Shown here piece after piece: positions 8,120-16,228 of a DNA stretch of 64,000 nt. Source of the DNA: Candidatus Nomurabacteria bacterium RIFCSPLOWO2_01_FULL_41_18 (GTDB lineage: Bacteria; Patescibacteriota; Minisyncoccia; Phycocordibacterales; UBA9973); contig MFUZ01000003.1 of NCBI GenBank assembly GCA_001785865.1, forward strand, positions 15,048-79,047. The letters are read 5' to 3'. The notes under the pieces are model-generated. The model did no database searches. It was not told the DNA's origin and saw nothing but the letters and a program-made list of their open reading frames with translations. How positions within the stretch are numbered: the stretch's first letter is position 1; each line of letters opens with the position of its first letter. Made by a program: the position numbers and the translations under genes.

Positions 8120-9718
8120 ATGACTCAAGATCAAGCATTGAATATTTTAAAAACTGGTGCTAATGTTTTTCTCACTGGCGAGCCGGGAGCTGGTAAGACG
8201 CACACAATAAATAATTTTGTGAATTATTTGCGTGCTTGTGATGTTGAGCCGGCTATTACAGCTTCTACGGGCATCGCGGCGACGCATATCGGTGGGATGA
8301 CCATTCATTCTTGGAGTGGTATAGGCATCAAAACAAAACTAGATAAATATGATTTGGACAAAATTGCTAGCAGTGAATATGTTGTGAGGCGTGTTAATCG
8401 CACGAGGGTTTTGATTATAGATGAGGTTTCAATGTTGTCGGAGAATATGCTCAACATGATGGATGCTGTTTGTAGAGAAATAAAACAAAATAGCCAGCCG
8501 TTTGGTGGGATACAGATTATTTTGGTTGGTGATTTTTTTCAGTTGCCGCCAATTGTGAAAAAGGACTTTATAGACGAAAAACAGAATTTGCTTATTAAAA
8601 ATATTGTGAAAAATAACAGTTTTGCATATGAATCAGGCGCATGGGAACGTGCACGACTAATTGTTTGTTATCTTTCTGAACAACATCGCCAAGATGATGC
8701 TGATTTTCTGTCTGTACTGGGAGGAATACGAGCCAATAATTTTTCGCAATCACACAGGAATCACATAAATACTAGAAAAATTAATTTAGATAGTCAGCCT
8801 GCGAATATTACAAAACTTTTCTCACACAATGTGGATGTGGACAAAGTAAACAATACTGAACTTGTAAAATTAGACGCAGAAGTAAAATCATTTAAAATGT
8901 CTGGAAGTGGAAATGATAAAATAGTTGAAACGCTCAAGAAAGGATGTTTGTCACCAGAGAATTTAGAACTCAAAATAGGTGCTGTGGTGATGTGTACCAA
9001 AAATAATCCAAAAGAAAGATTTGTGAATGGCACTCTTGGTAAGGTGACGGGCTACGAAGAATTTAGTGGAAACCCGATTATTAAAACCAAGAATGGACGG
9101 AATATTGTTGTTGCGCCTATGGATTGGACAGTGGAAGAGAACGGTAAAATTCGCGCGCAAATAACTCAAGTTCCGCTTCGATTGGCTTGGGCTATCACAG
9201 TGCACAAGAGCCAGGGGATGAGTATGGATGCGGCGGTGATGGATCTCTCGCAAGTGTTTGAATTTGGGCAGGGGTATGTGGCACTTTCCCGAGTGCGCAG
9301 ACTCTCTGGACTTTATTTGCTTGGCATAAATGAGCATGCGCTCAAAGTGCATCCAGAAATTTTGAAAAAAGATATTGATTTTAAAAACAAGTCGCAAGAA
9401 GCTGTGCAAGTTTTCGGTAAAATTCTGGAAAATGATTTAAAAAAGATGCATGATGATTTCGTGGTGGCTTGCGGAGGGAAGGTGGGGAATTTATCCACCC
9501 CGACGCAAGCGTCACCCCTCAAGAGGGGAATTAAAAATGGATTTGCTGAAATCAGAGAGAAACATCCGAACGCATACAGGCCATGGAACAAAGAACAAGA
9601 CGAAGAACTTAGCAAATTATTTATTTCCGGTTTTAAAATACCAGACCTAATGAAAAAATTTGGCAGAAAAAGGGGAGGGATTTCTGCAAGACTTGAAAAG
9701 CTTGGGTTGGTGAAATAA
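8120..9718 (+). CDS. PIF1/RecD-family 5'-3' DNA helicase (AAA_30 + C-terminal helicase domains) with an extra ~90-aa C-terminal tail
   Basis: Walker A (LTGEPGAGKTHT), Walker B (LIIDEVSML), QLPPI, and a C-terminal ITVHKSQGMSMD with GQGYVALSRVR — the PIF1 signature arrangement. Tail: PWNKEQDEELSKLF...GGISARLEKLG. Confidence 0.8.
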   Translation: MTQDQALNILKTGANVFLTGEPGAGKTHTINNFVNYLRACDVEPAITASTGIAATHIGGMTIHSWSGIGIKTKLDKYDLDKIASSEYVVRRVNRTRVLIIDEVSMLSENMLNMMDAVCREIKQNSQPFGGIQIILVGDFFQLPPIVKKDFIDEKQNLLIKNIVKNNSFAYESGAWERARLIVCYLSEQHRQDDADFLSVLGGIRANNFSQSHRNHINTRKINLDSQPANITKLFSHNVDVDKVNNTELVKLDAEVKSFKMSGSGNDKIVETLKKGCLSPENLELKIGAVVMCTKNNPKERFVNGTLGKVTGYEEFSGNPIIKTKNGRNIVVAPMDWTVEENGKIRAQITQVPLRLAWAITVHKSQGMSMDAAVMDLSQVFEFGQGYVALSRVRRLSGLYLLGINEHALKVHPEILKKDIDFKNKSQEAVQVFGKILENDLKKMHDDFVVACGGKVGNLSTPTQASPLKRGIKNGFAEIREKHPNAYRPWNKEQDEELSKLFISGFKIPDLMKKFGRKRGGISARLEKLGLVK

Positions 9719-9756
9719 GTGCGTAATGTATTATGTAATATATTACGTAACTTTAG
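9714..9756. repeat. Palindromic repeat copy B (AATAAGTGCGTAATGTATTATGTAATATATTACGTAAC)
   Basis: A degenerate version of copy C with 3 transitions. Starts at the helicase stop codon. Confidence 0.65.
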
Positions 9757-9830
9757 TAGAAAAATAGACTGGATTACGGCATGACTGGAAAAGCATGGAT
9801 TGGGATAGTATTTTACCATTACGAAATTGC

Positions 9831-9859
9831 TTGACATTTTATATAAATGGGTATATACT
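9831..9859 (+). promoter_or_regulatory. Near-consensus sigma70-type promoter upstream of the GHKL ATPase gene
   Basis: TTGACA (9831-9836), 17-nt spacer, TATACT (9854-9859). Followed by two copies of TTGGTGGCA..GCTATCGAGG at 9887-9915 and 10007-10030. Confidence 0.45.
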
Positions 9860-10041
9860 TTTTATATTATTAATTTAATTATAGTTTTGGTGGCACTTTA
9901 GGGTGCTATCGAGGCTTTCAAAAATTTATGACTACTTGATATATATTTGGTTTGCAGGAATATTCTGTATTTCTGCGTTTTTAGCTGTTTATTAACTAAT
10001 AAGTCTTGGTGGCAAAAGCTATCGAGGTAAAGAATAAAAAT

Positions 10042-11583
10042 ATGGAAACAATAAAATACAACAAAGAAAACACACCAAACGCTGCTAAATTAATGGAATC
10101 TCTTAGGTATAGTGGTTATGACAACAATATTGCAATAGCTGATCTTATAGATAACTCACTTGACGCTAATGCTACAAATATAAACATTGAAATAAATCTA
10201 GATTCAAAAAAAGAAGAGCATATCGTTATAATAGATGACGGTTCGGGTATGGACGAGGAAACACTAGGACAGGCTCTTCGTTTGGGCTCTATTACTCATC
10301 GAAATGTGGAATCAGATTTAGGTAGATTCGGTATGGGAATGGTAACCGCTTCTATTTCCATAGCAAAAAGAATTGAAGTATTTACCAAACAGAAAGACAA
10401 ACCAATGCTTACCAGCATTATGGATCTTGAAGAAATGGCAAAAAGTAACAACTTCAATGTTTATAGGGAAAAATCTACCTCAGAAGAAATTAAATTTGCT
10501 AAACATCGTGGACTTGAAGATTCCGGAACTATTTTGGTATTAAGAAAATGTGATAAATTAACGAAATCAGGTGTTGTAGAATTTACGGACTCTCTTAGAA
10601 AAGATGTTGGAGAGACTTATCGTTATTTCTTAAGATCTGGTAAAAAAATTACAATAAATAATAAGTTAGTGGAAATTGTCGATCCAATGTGGACGGACGG
10701 AGGACTCACAAAGGAATACAAACAAAAGTCGGAAATCTTCAGTGATGAAAGATATGAAATAAAAATCGATGGCGCAGACAGCAAAGAGTCTTTTGCAGTT
10801 AAAATTTATGTTCTTCCGCAATTTGACCAAAGTGTAATGCGAAAATTAAAAATCAATGTCAAGAATCAAGGGTTTTATATTTTAAGGAATTATAGACAAA
10901 TATCTAAAGCAGATCATTTGGGTGGATTATGGGAACAACACAATGATCTAAACCGAGTCAGGGTAGAGGTAATATTTTCTGGAACGTTAGATTCGGCTAT
11001 GGGAGTTAATTACACAAAGCATAATATAAAACCAATACAAGCTATAGTGGATAAGTTTCAAAGTGACATCATGCCTCAGATTGACACTCTTAGAAAGAGG
11101 TTCAAAAAGGATACAAAAAGAGAGTCAGCAAAAGACCTGAATTTTTCTGAAGCAGAAAGAATTATTTCACAGAAAAATAAATTACTAGATAAAGCTGAAC
11201 CAGATAAAAAGGGTAAACCTACTCCTATAAATCCAGTTGTAAAAAGACCGAAAACGAAAGTTGAGGAAGAAGTAATAAAAAGAGGAAGACCCAGTTTGGC
11301 ACACCTTGCGAGATTTGAATCACATAGTTTTGGTCTGACTGGCCCTATTTTTGAAGTTGAAAAACAGGGCAAAATTACTATTATTCAATGGAATATCGAT
11401 CATCCTTTTTACGAAAGATTTCTTATAGAATATAAAGATAATATAGATCTGGTAAATGCTGTATCATTTCTTGCTTACTCTCTTGGAGAATCAAAACTAA
11501 AATATAGTAGCGATGAAACCTACGAGATGTTGGAAAACATTATGAGTACCATCTCTACAAATTTAAGGGTATTATTAAGTTAA
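10042..11583 (+). CDS. GHKL-superfamily ATPase (HATPase_c_3 / MORC-like 'paraMORC' type), 513 aa
   Basis: Bergerat-fold motifs: N-box ADLIDNSLDA, G1 IIDDGSGMD, G2 GRFGMGM, G3 GTILVL, followed by YRYFL...ITIN..V...DPMW, typical of MORC/MutL-like ATPases. The track start at 10006 is a TTG; the ATG at 10042 has a GAGGT 13 nt upstream. Confidence 0.7.
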   Translation: METIKYNKENTPNAAKLMESLRYSGYDNNIAIADLIDNSLDANATNINIEINLDSKKEEHIVIIDDGSGMDEETLGQALRLGSITHRNVESDLGRFGMGMVTASISIAKRIEVFTKQKDKPMLTSIMDLEEMAKSNNFNVYREKSTSEEIKFAKHRGLEDSGTILVLRKCDKLTKSGVVEFTDSLRKDVGETYRYFLRSGKKITINNKLVEIVDPMWTDGGLTKEYKQKSEIFSDERYEIKIDGADSKESFAVKIYVLPQFDQSVMRKLKINVKNQGFYILRNYRQISKADHLGGLWEQHNDLNRVRVEVIFSGTLDSAMGVNYTKHNIKPIQAIVDKFQSDIMPQIDTLRKRFKKDTKRESAKDLNFSEAERIISQKNKLLDKAEPDKKGKPTPINPVVKRPKTKVEEEVIKRGRPSLAHLARFESHSFGLTGPIFEVEKQGKITIIQWNIDHPFYERFLIEYKDNIDLVNAVSFLAYSLGESKLKYSSDETYEMLENIMSTISTNLRVLLS

Positions 11584-11592
11584 AAAAAATAT

Positions 11593-11841
11593 ATGATGTC
11601 AAAATGTACATGTAATAGTTTCAGATTTGAGCTAAAAGAAGCCTCTCCTGAAAATTCTAGATATAAATTTTATTTCATTCAATGTGCATTATGTGGAAAT
11701 CCGATTGGAGTTACGGATTATTATCATACACATACAGCGATAGAAGCTATGAAAAAAGAAATTGAATCTAAGATAAGAAATATAGAGTCAAGTCTTGTAA
11801 ATATCGAACATTCATTAAGAGCAATTACTAATAAGCAATAA
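11593..11841 (+). CDS. small zinc-ribbon plus coiled-coil protein (82 aa), partner of the GHKL ATPase
   Basis: CTC...CALCG Cys pairs, then a heptad-like C-terminus (EIESKIRNIESSLVNIEHSLRAI). Starts 9 nt after the ATPase stop. Confidence 0.5.
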   Translation: MMSKCTCNSFRFELKEASPENSRYKFYFIQCALCGNPIGVTDYYHTHTAIEAMKKEIESKIRNIESSLVNIEHSLRAITNKQ

Positions 11842-11864
11842 AAGAATTAATAATTCTTTTCATT
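11841..11864 (+). terminator. hairpin plus T-tract after the Zn-ribbon gene
   Basis: AAAGAATTAATAATTCTTT, a near-perfect palindrome, followed by TTTC. Confidence 0.4.
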
Positions 11865-11870
11865 CCATGC

Positions 11871-11911
11871 TACAATAAGTACGTAATGTATTACGTAATA
11901 CATTACGTAAC
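11871..11911. repeat. Palindromic repeat copy C; contains a perfect 30-bp palindrome TACGTAATGTATTACGTAATACATTACGTA (11880-11909)
   Basis: Exact reverse-complement symmetry checked base by base. 5' flank ACAATAAGT and 3' flank ACGTAAC are shared with copies A and B. Confidence 0.75.
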
Positions 11912-11914
11912 TAA

Positions 11915-12091
11915 ATGCCTACACAAAAACTTATAAATCAAAATGTTCGGAAGATAACCAAACTTGGCGGGAAGTCTTTAGCTGTGACTTTGCCTAGAGA
12001 ATTGGTGACAAAGCTCGGATGGAAAGAAAAACAAAAAGTGACAGTCAAAAGAGTCCGAGGCGGGTTGCTGATTAAAGATTGGAAGAAATAG
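11915..12091 (+). CDS. AbrB/MazE/SpoVT-family swapped-hairpin DNA-binding protein (58 aa), antitoxin-like
   Basis: Not in the ORF track (<60 aa). MPTQKLINQNVRKITKLGGKSLAVTLPRELVTKLGWKEKQKVTVKRVRGGLLIKDWKK; G.S..VTLP.ELV..LG...GD.V is the AbrB-family core. The ATG is 5 nt after palindrome C. Confidence 0.55.
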   Translation: MPTQKLINQNVRKITKLGGKSLAVTLPRELVTKLGWKEKQKVTVKRVRGGLLIKDWKK

Positions 12092-12099
12092 ATAAAACT

Positions 12100-12690
12100 T
12101 GCATTTTTAACATAGCCGTGCTATGGTGTTGGCTGTTCGTTCTTAGTTTTTAGTGTTCTTAACCTCACAACCAACAACCAAACTGCAGTAGTTTTTGTTT
12201 CTTATGACCAAAATAGCAATATGGGAGTCACATCCCATCTTTTCGGAGGCAGTAGTCTCGTTAAAAACCGAACTTCCACTGTGTCACTTGTGGCACATGT
12301 ATGCCATAGCATGGAAGTGTGTCGTAAATGTTGCTGAGTACGGGCCGGCTTTAAGAAGCCTAAACCCGGACGAGCTCGATATGTACGATTTTCATGAGGT
12401 GGCACTTGGTCAGGTTGGAGTTCAACTTGATCAGGCTTCACAGAAAACACGGGATTACCGGTGTCTTCTCTTGATTTACAGCATCAATGTCGAGGTTTCA
12501 ACTTTGGTGACCCACTTCTTGGCGTCCATCGTCCGGCATCTGCAAGCAATCACACCCCAGCTTGCAACAAACAAATAAGGGGGATCAATTTCACGAAGCC
12601 GTGGCCAATAAAGGTCCACGGTCTTCTCTTTTTTAGGGCAAAAAAATAGAATAAAAAAGTGTAAAAACAGATATTTTGTGCTAAAATCAG
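12100..12690. ncRNA. GC-rich (~50% against an AT-rich surround) region with no credible ORF: candidate structured RNA of unassigned class, possibly an ileS leader or a standalone ncRNA
   Basis: The composition jump is sharp. ORFs overlap on both strands (12195-12578 plus; 12202-12450 and 12476-12742 minus) and none looks protein-like. Multiple local hairpins, for example CGTGGCCAATAAAGGTCCACG. I could not convincingly place RNase P, tmRNA, SRP or T-box signatures. Confidence 0.3.
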
Positions 12691-12696
12691 GCAATA

Positions 12697-15600
12697 ATGG
12701 CTGAAAACGAAGAAAACAATCCCGTGCGAAACAACGGTTCACAAAGTGAACCTGTTTCTAACGGGACAAGTAAAAAAAGTGAAGTAGCTTTAAGAGAAGA
12801 AAAAGTTCTTGAATTTTGGCATAAAAATAAAATTTTTGAAAGGTCTTTGGAGAAAAAATCCCCAAAGGGACGCTACGTTTTTTATGACGGCCCCCCCTTT
12901 GCCACGGGGCAGATTCATTATGGACATATTTTAGGCAGTACGGCGAAGGATGTCATCGGCAGATATCGGACTATGCAGGGATACTATGTGCCGAGGAAAT
13001 GGGGGTGGGATTGCCATGGTTTACCGATTGAAAATATAGTTGAAAAAGAATTAGGCATCGCCGGCCACGTCGAGATTGAAAAATACGGAATTGATAAATT
13101 TGTTGAATACGCGAGGAGTAAGGTTTTGCAGTACGACAAGGATTGGGAAAAGGGAATCGAGCGAATTGGACGCTGGGTGGATTTTCAAGGTGGGTATAAA
13201 ACCATGGATAATACCTTCATTGAATCCGTCTGGTGGGCATTGTCTGAACTTAATAAAAAAGATCTTATTTATGAAGGTGTGAGAGTGCTGGCCTATTGTC
13301 CGAGATGCGAGACGCCTATAGCCAACTCTGAAATCGCGATGGATAACAGTTATAAAGATATTTCCGATATTTCGGTGTACGTAAAATTTGAATTGGAAGA
13401 TGAACCGGGGACATATCTGCTCGCTTGGACGACGACCCCGTGGACTTTGCCAGGCAACACAGCTATCGCCATAAATAAAAATATTGTCTATGTGAAGGTG
13501 AAAGTCGAAAATGACGTGATTATCCTTGCCAAGGATACCCTATCAAATGCTCTTAAAAACAAAGAATATTACTTGCTCGGGGAAATCAAGGGGGAAGGAC
13601 TCATAGGCAAGAGATATATCCCGGTTTTTCCATATTATCGAACTTCAAATGAAGCTCAGAGTAAAAACATTTGGAAAGTGTGGCATGCGGATTTTGTGAC
13701 CGCGGATCAAGGTACAGGTCTGGCCCATGAAGCGCCGGCATTCGGTGAAGACGATATGAATCTCGCGAAGCAAAATAATATTCCTTGGATAATTCATGTT
13801 GATGAAACCGGAAAGTTCAAAAAAGAAGTTTCAGATTTCGCTGGGTTGCTAGTGAAACCAAAATCGTCCGAAAAAGACGGCCATCAAAAATCCGACATTG
13901 AGGTAATAAAATACTTGGCAAAAAATAATTTTCTCTTTGCTAAAGAGAAAATAATCCATCCCTATCCGCATTGTTATCGATGTGAAACGCCGATCATATA
14001 TTACGCGTTGCCTTCTTGGTTTATTAACATTCAAAAAGAAAAAGAAAATATTCTCACACAAGGGAGGAGTCTCAACTGGATTCCAGCTCATTTGAAAGAG
14101 GGAAGATTTAAAAATATCTCAGAGAATGCTCCAGACTGGAATATCTCAAGAAACCGCTACTGGGCGAGTCCGTTGCCTATTTGGAAGTGCGACAAATGCA
14201 AACAAAAAACCTTCGTCAGTTCTCTCAAAGATTTAAAAGAAAAAACAAAAAAATCCGGCAATAAATATTTTGTGATGCGACATGGGGAGGCAATGTACAA
14301 TGCCAAACACCTTGATGATCCAAAAGGAGATCCCGACAATCATTTGACAAAGCAGGGCGAGGGTGAGACGGTTGCGGCCGCGAAAAAATTAAAAAGCGAA
14401 AAAATCGACATTATATTTTCTTCTCCATTTTTGCGCACCAGGGAAACGGCGGAAATTTTAAGGCGTGAACTTGGCTTCGGAGAAGAGCAATTGATTATAG
14501 ATGAAAGATTGCACGAGATAAACGAAGAGGACCAAAATTTGGTGGCTAAAAGAATGGGTGATTTCATTTATAGTACAGAAAAAAAATTTCAAGGGAAAAA
14601 TATTATTGTGATTTCACATGGCAATCCCATTTGGACCTTGCAAAGGATTGTGGCCGGCGTACCGCATGCCGATTTTTCAGAAAAACAAATGTTGAATACG
14701 GGGGAGGCCGAAGAATTGAATTTCATTCCATTTCCCCACAACGCAAATTATGAGCTAGACTTGCACCGGCCGTACATTGATCAAGTTCCTCTCGTGTGTA
14801 GTTGTGCTGGCAGTCTAACGCGTATACCAGAAGTGTTGGATTGTTGGTTTGAATCTGGTTCGATGCCTTTCGCGCAAGATCATTATCCGTTTAAAAATCT
14901 AGAATGGAAAAAAAATAATTTTCCGGCAGCTTTTGTCGCTGAATACATAGCTCAGACAAGAACTTGGTTTTATTATACCCACGTAGTATCTGCAATACTT
15001 TTCAAACAGGCACCTTTTAAAAATATTGTGACGACCGGGACTTTGCGCGCAGAAGACGGAGAAAAAATGTCCAAATCCAAAAATAATTATCCAGATCCTT
15101 GGATTTTTATAAATAAATACGGCGTCGATGCGCTGCGTCTTTACCTGATGTCTTCAACTCTGATGAAAGGCGAGGATGCTAATTTCTCGGAAAAAGCAGT
15201 GCAAGACATTGCCACTAAAATAATCGGGCGACTTTTTAATGTTTTTGCCTTTTATGAAATATATCGAAATAAAACACTGGAAAAAAATGACAAACCTAGG
15301 TCAAAAAATGTTCTAGATATTTGGATCTTGTCTAGATTTGAGCAAATTTTAAATGAAATTACCAAAGGGATGGAAAATTATGATTTGGCCGAAGCGACCA
15401 GGCCAATAGATTTATTTGTGGATGATCTTTCTACTTGGTATTTGCGTCGTTCACGAGAGAGGATAAAAGAAGAGGCCGCAAACCCCGCCAGGGAGGACGG
15501 GGCAAGGCAAACTTTATATTTTGTTCTAAAAACGCTTTCAAAACTTATGGCCCCTTTTGCGCCTTTTACTGCAGAGGATATTTGGCTTAAATTGAGGACT

Positions 15601-16227
15601 GGCTACGTTCCAGTGGACGGTACGCGGCATGATTTCGCTAAATCAGATGCAGAAAGTGTGCATCTAGAAAATTGGCCCAGTGTGTCAAGGGGCATCTTTG
15701 ACATTTTTGGAAATGGAAAGAGTAAAGTTCTGGAAGAGATGTTAATAGCTAGAGAAATTTGTACAATTGGAAATGCTGAAAGACAGAAAATTAATATTCC
15801 TGTGCGTCAGCCATTACAAACACTCTTAATTAAAGATGCAGCATTTAATCTAATATCAAAAAATAATCAAATATTAAATTTGATTAAAGAAGAGTTAAAT
15901 ATAAAAAATATAGTTTTCGATAATTCAGTAAAAAAGGGGAATAAGAGCATAACTTTGGATACGAATATCACTCCAGAATTAAAACAAGAAGGGGATTATA
16001 GGGAGCTGGTACGAGCACTACAAGATATGCGTAAAAAGATGGGGTTGACGCCTAGCGATGTAGTAAAAATTGTACTTGACACTAATGAGACAGGACAAAA
16101 ATTAATAGAAAAATTTGCGTCAGATTTAAAAAAGACTGTTCTTGTGTCTCAAATTAAATTTGAAAATAACGATGGGCAAGAAGTGAAAATAGATGATTTA
16201 AATTTCAAAGTTAAGATAGAAAGATAG
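12697..16227 (+). CDS. ileS: isoleucine--tRNA ligase with a histidine-phosphatase (PGAM-like) domain inserted between its zinc-knuckle Cys pairs
   Basis: HIGH (PFATGQIHYGHIL), WNISRNRYWASPLP, EVLDCWFESGS and KMSKSKNNYP. 1176 aa against a typical ~920-1050. The insert (residues ~520-700) carries the RHGE catalytic motif, SSPFLRTRETAEI and VISHG, and is bounded by CDKC ... CSCAG. Confidence 0.85.
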   Translation: MAENEENNPVRNNGSQSEPVSNGTSKKSEVALREEKVLEFWHKNKIFERSLEKKSPKGRYVFYDGPPFATGQIHYGHILGSTAKDVIGRYRTMQGYYVPRKWGWDCHGLPIENIVEKELGIAGHVEIEKYGIDKFVEYARSKVLQYDKDWEKGIERIGRWVDFQGGYKTMDNTFIESVWWALSELNKKDLIYEGVRVLAYCPRCETPIANSEIAMDNSYKDISDISVYVKFELEDEPGTYLLAWTTTPWTLPGNTAIAINKNIVYVKVKVENDVIILAKDTLSNALKNKEYYLLGEIKGEGLIGKRYIPVFPYYRTSNEAQSKNIWKVWHADFVTADQGTGLAHEAPAFGEDDMNLAKQNNIPWIIHVDETGKFKKEVSDFAGLLVKPKSSEKDGHQKSDIEVIKYLAKNNFLFAKEKIIHPYPHCYRCETPIIYYALPSWFINIQKEKENILTQGRSLNWIPAHLKEGRFKNISENAPDWNISRNRYWASPLPIWKCDKCKQKTFVSSLKDLKEKTKKSGNKYFVMRHGEAMYNAKHLDDPKGDPDNHLTKQGEGETVAAAKKLKSEKIDIIFSSPFLRTRETAEILRRELGFGEEQLIIDERLHEINEEDQNLVAKRMGDFIYSTEKKFQGKNIIVISHGNPIWTLQRIVAGVPHADFSEKQMLNTGEAEELNFIPFPHNANYELDLHRPYIDQVPLVCSCAGSLTRIPEVLDCWFESGSMPFAQDHYPFKNLEWKKNNFPAAFVAEYIAQTRTWFYYTHVVSAILFKQAPFKNIVTTGTLRAEDGEKMSKSKNNYPDPWIFINKYGVDALRLYLMSSTLMKGEDANFSEKAVQDIATKIIGRLFNVFAFYEIYRNKTLEKNDKPRSKNVLDIWILSRFEQILNEITKGMENYDLAEATRPIDLFVDDLSTWYLRRSRERIKEEAANPAREDGARQTLYFVLKTLSKLMAPFAPFTAEDIWLKLRTGYVPVDGTRHDFAKSDAESVHLENWPSVSRGIFDIFGNGKSKVLEEMLIAREICTIGNAERQKINIPVRQPLQTLLIKDAAFNLISKNNQILNLIKEELNIKNIVFDNSVKKGNKSITLDTNITPELKQEGDYRELVRALQDMRKKMGLTPSDVVKIVLDTNETGQKLIEKFASDLKKTVLVSQIKFENNDGQEVKIDDLNFKVKIER

Positions 16228-16228
16228 T

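Noticed and set aside
12195-12578. 127-aa ORF (plus) and the overlapping minus ORFs 12202-12450 and 12476-12742
   Set aside because: The mutually overlapping ORFs on both strands lie in a GC-rich patch with no recognisable protein features. More consistent with a structured RNA or noncoding region than with genes.
12100-12690. Assigning the GC-rich region to RNase P RNA, tmRNA or a T-box leader
   Set aside because: Only weak partial resemblances (GTCCGGGTTTAGGCT; GAGGTGGCAC). I could not locate the P4 pairing, a tmRNA tag with a tRNA-like 3' end, or the T-box 14-mer. Left unclassified.
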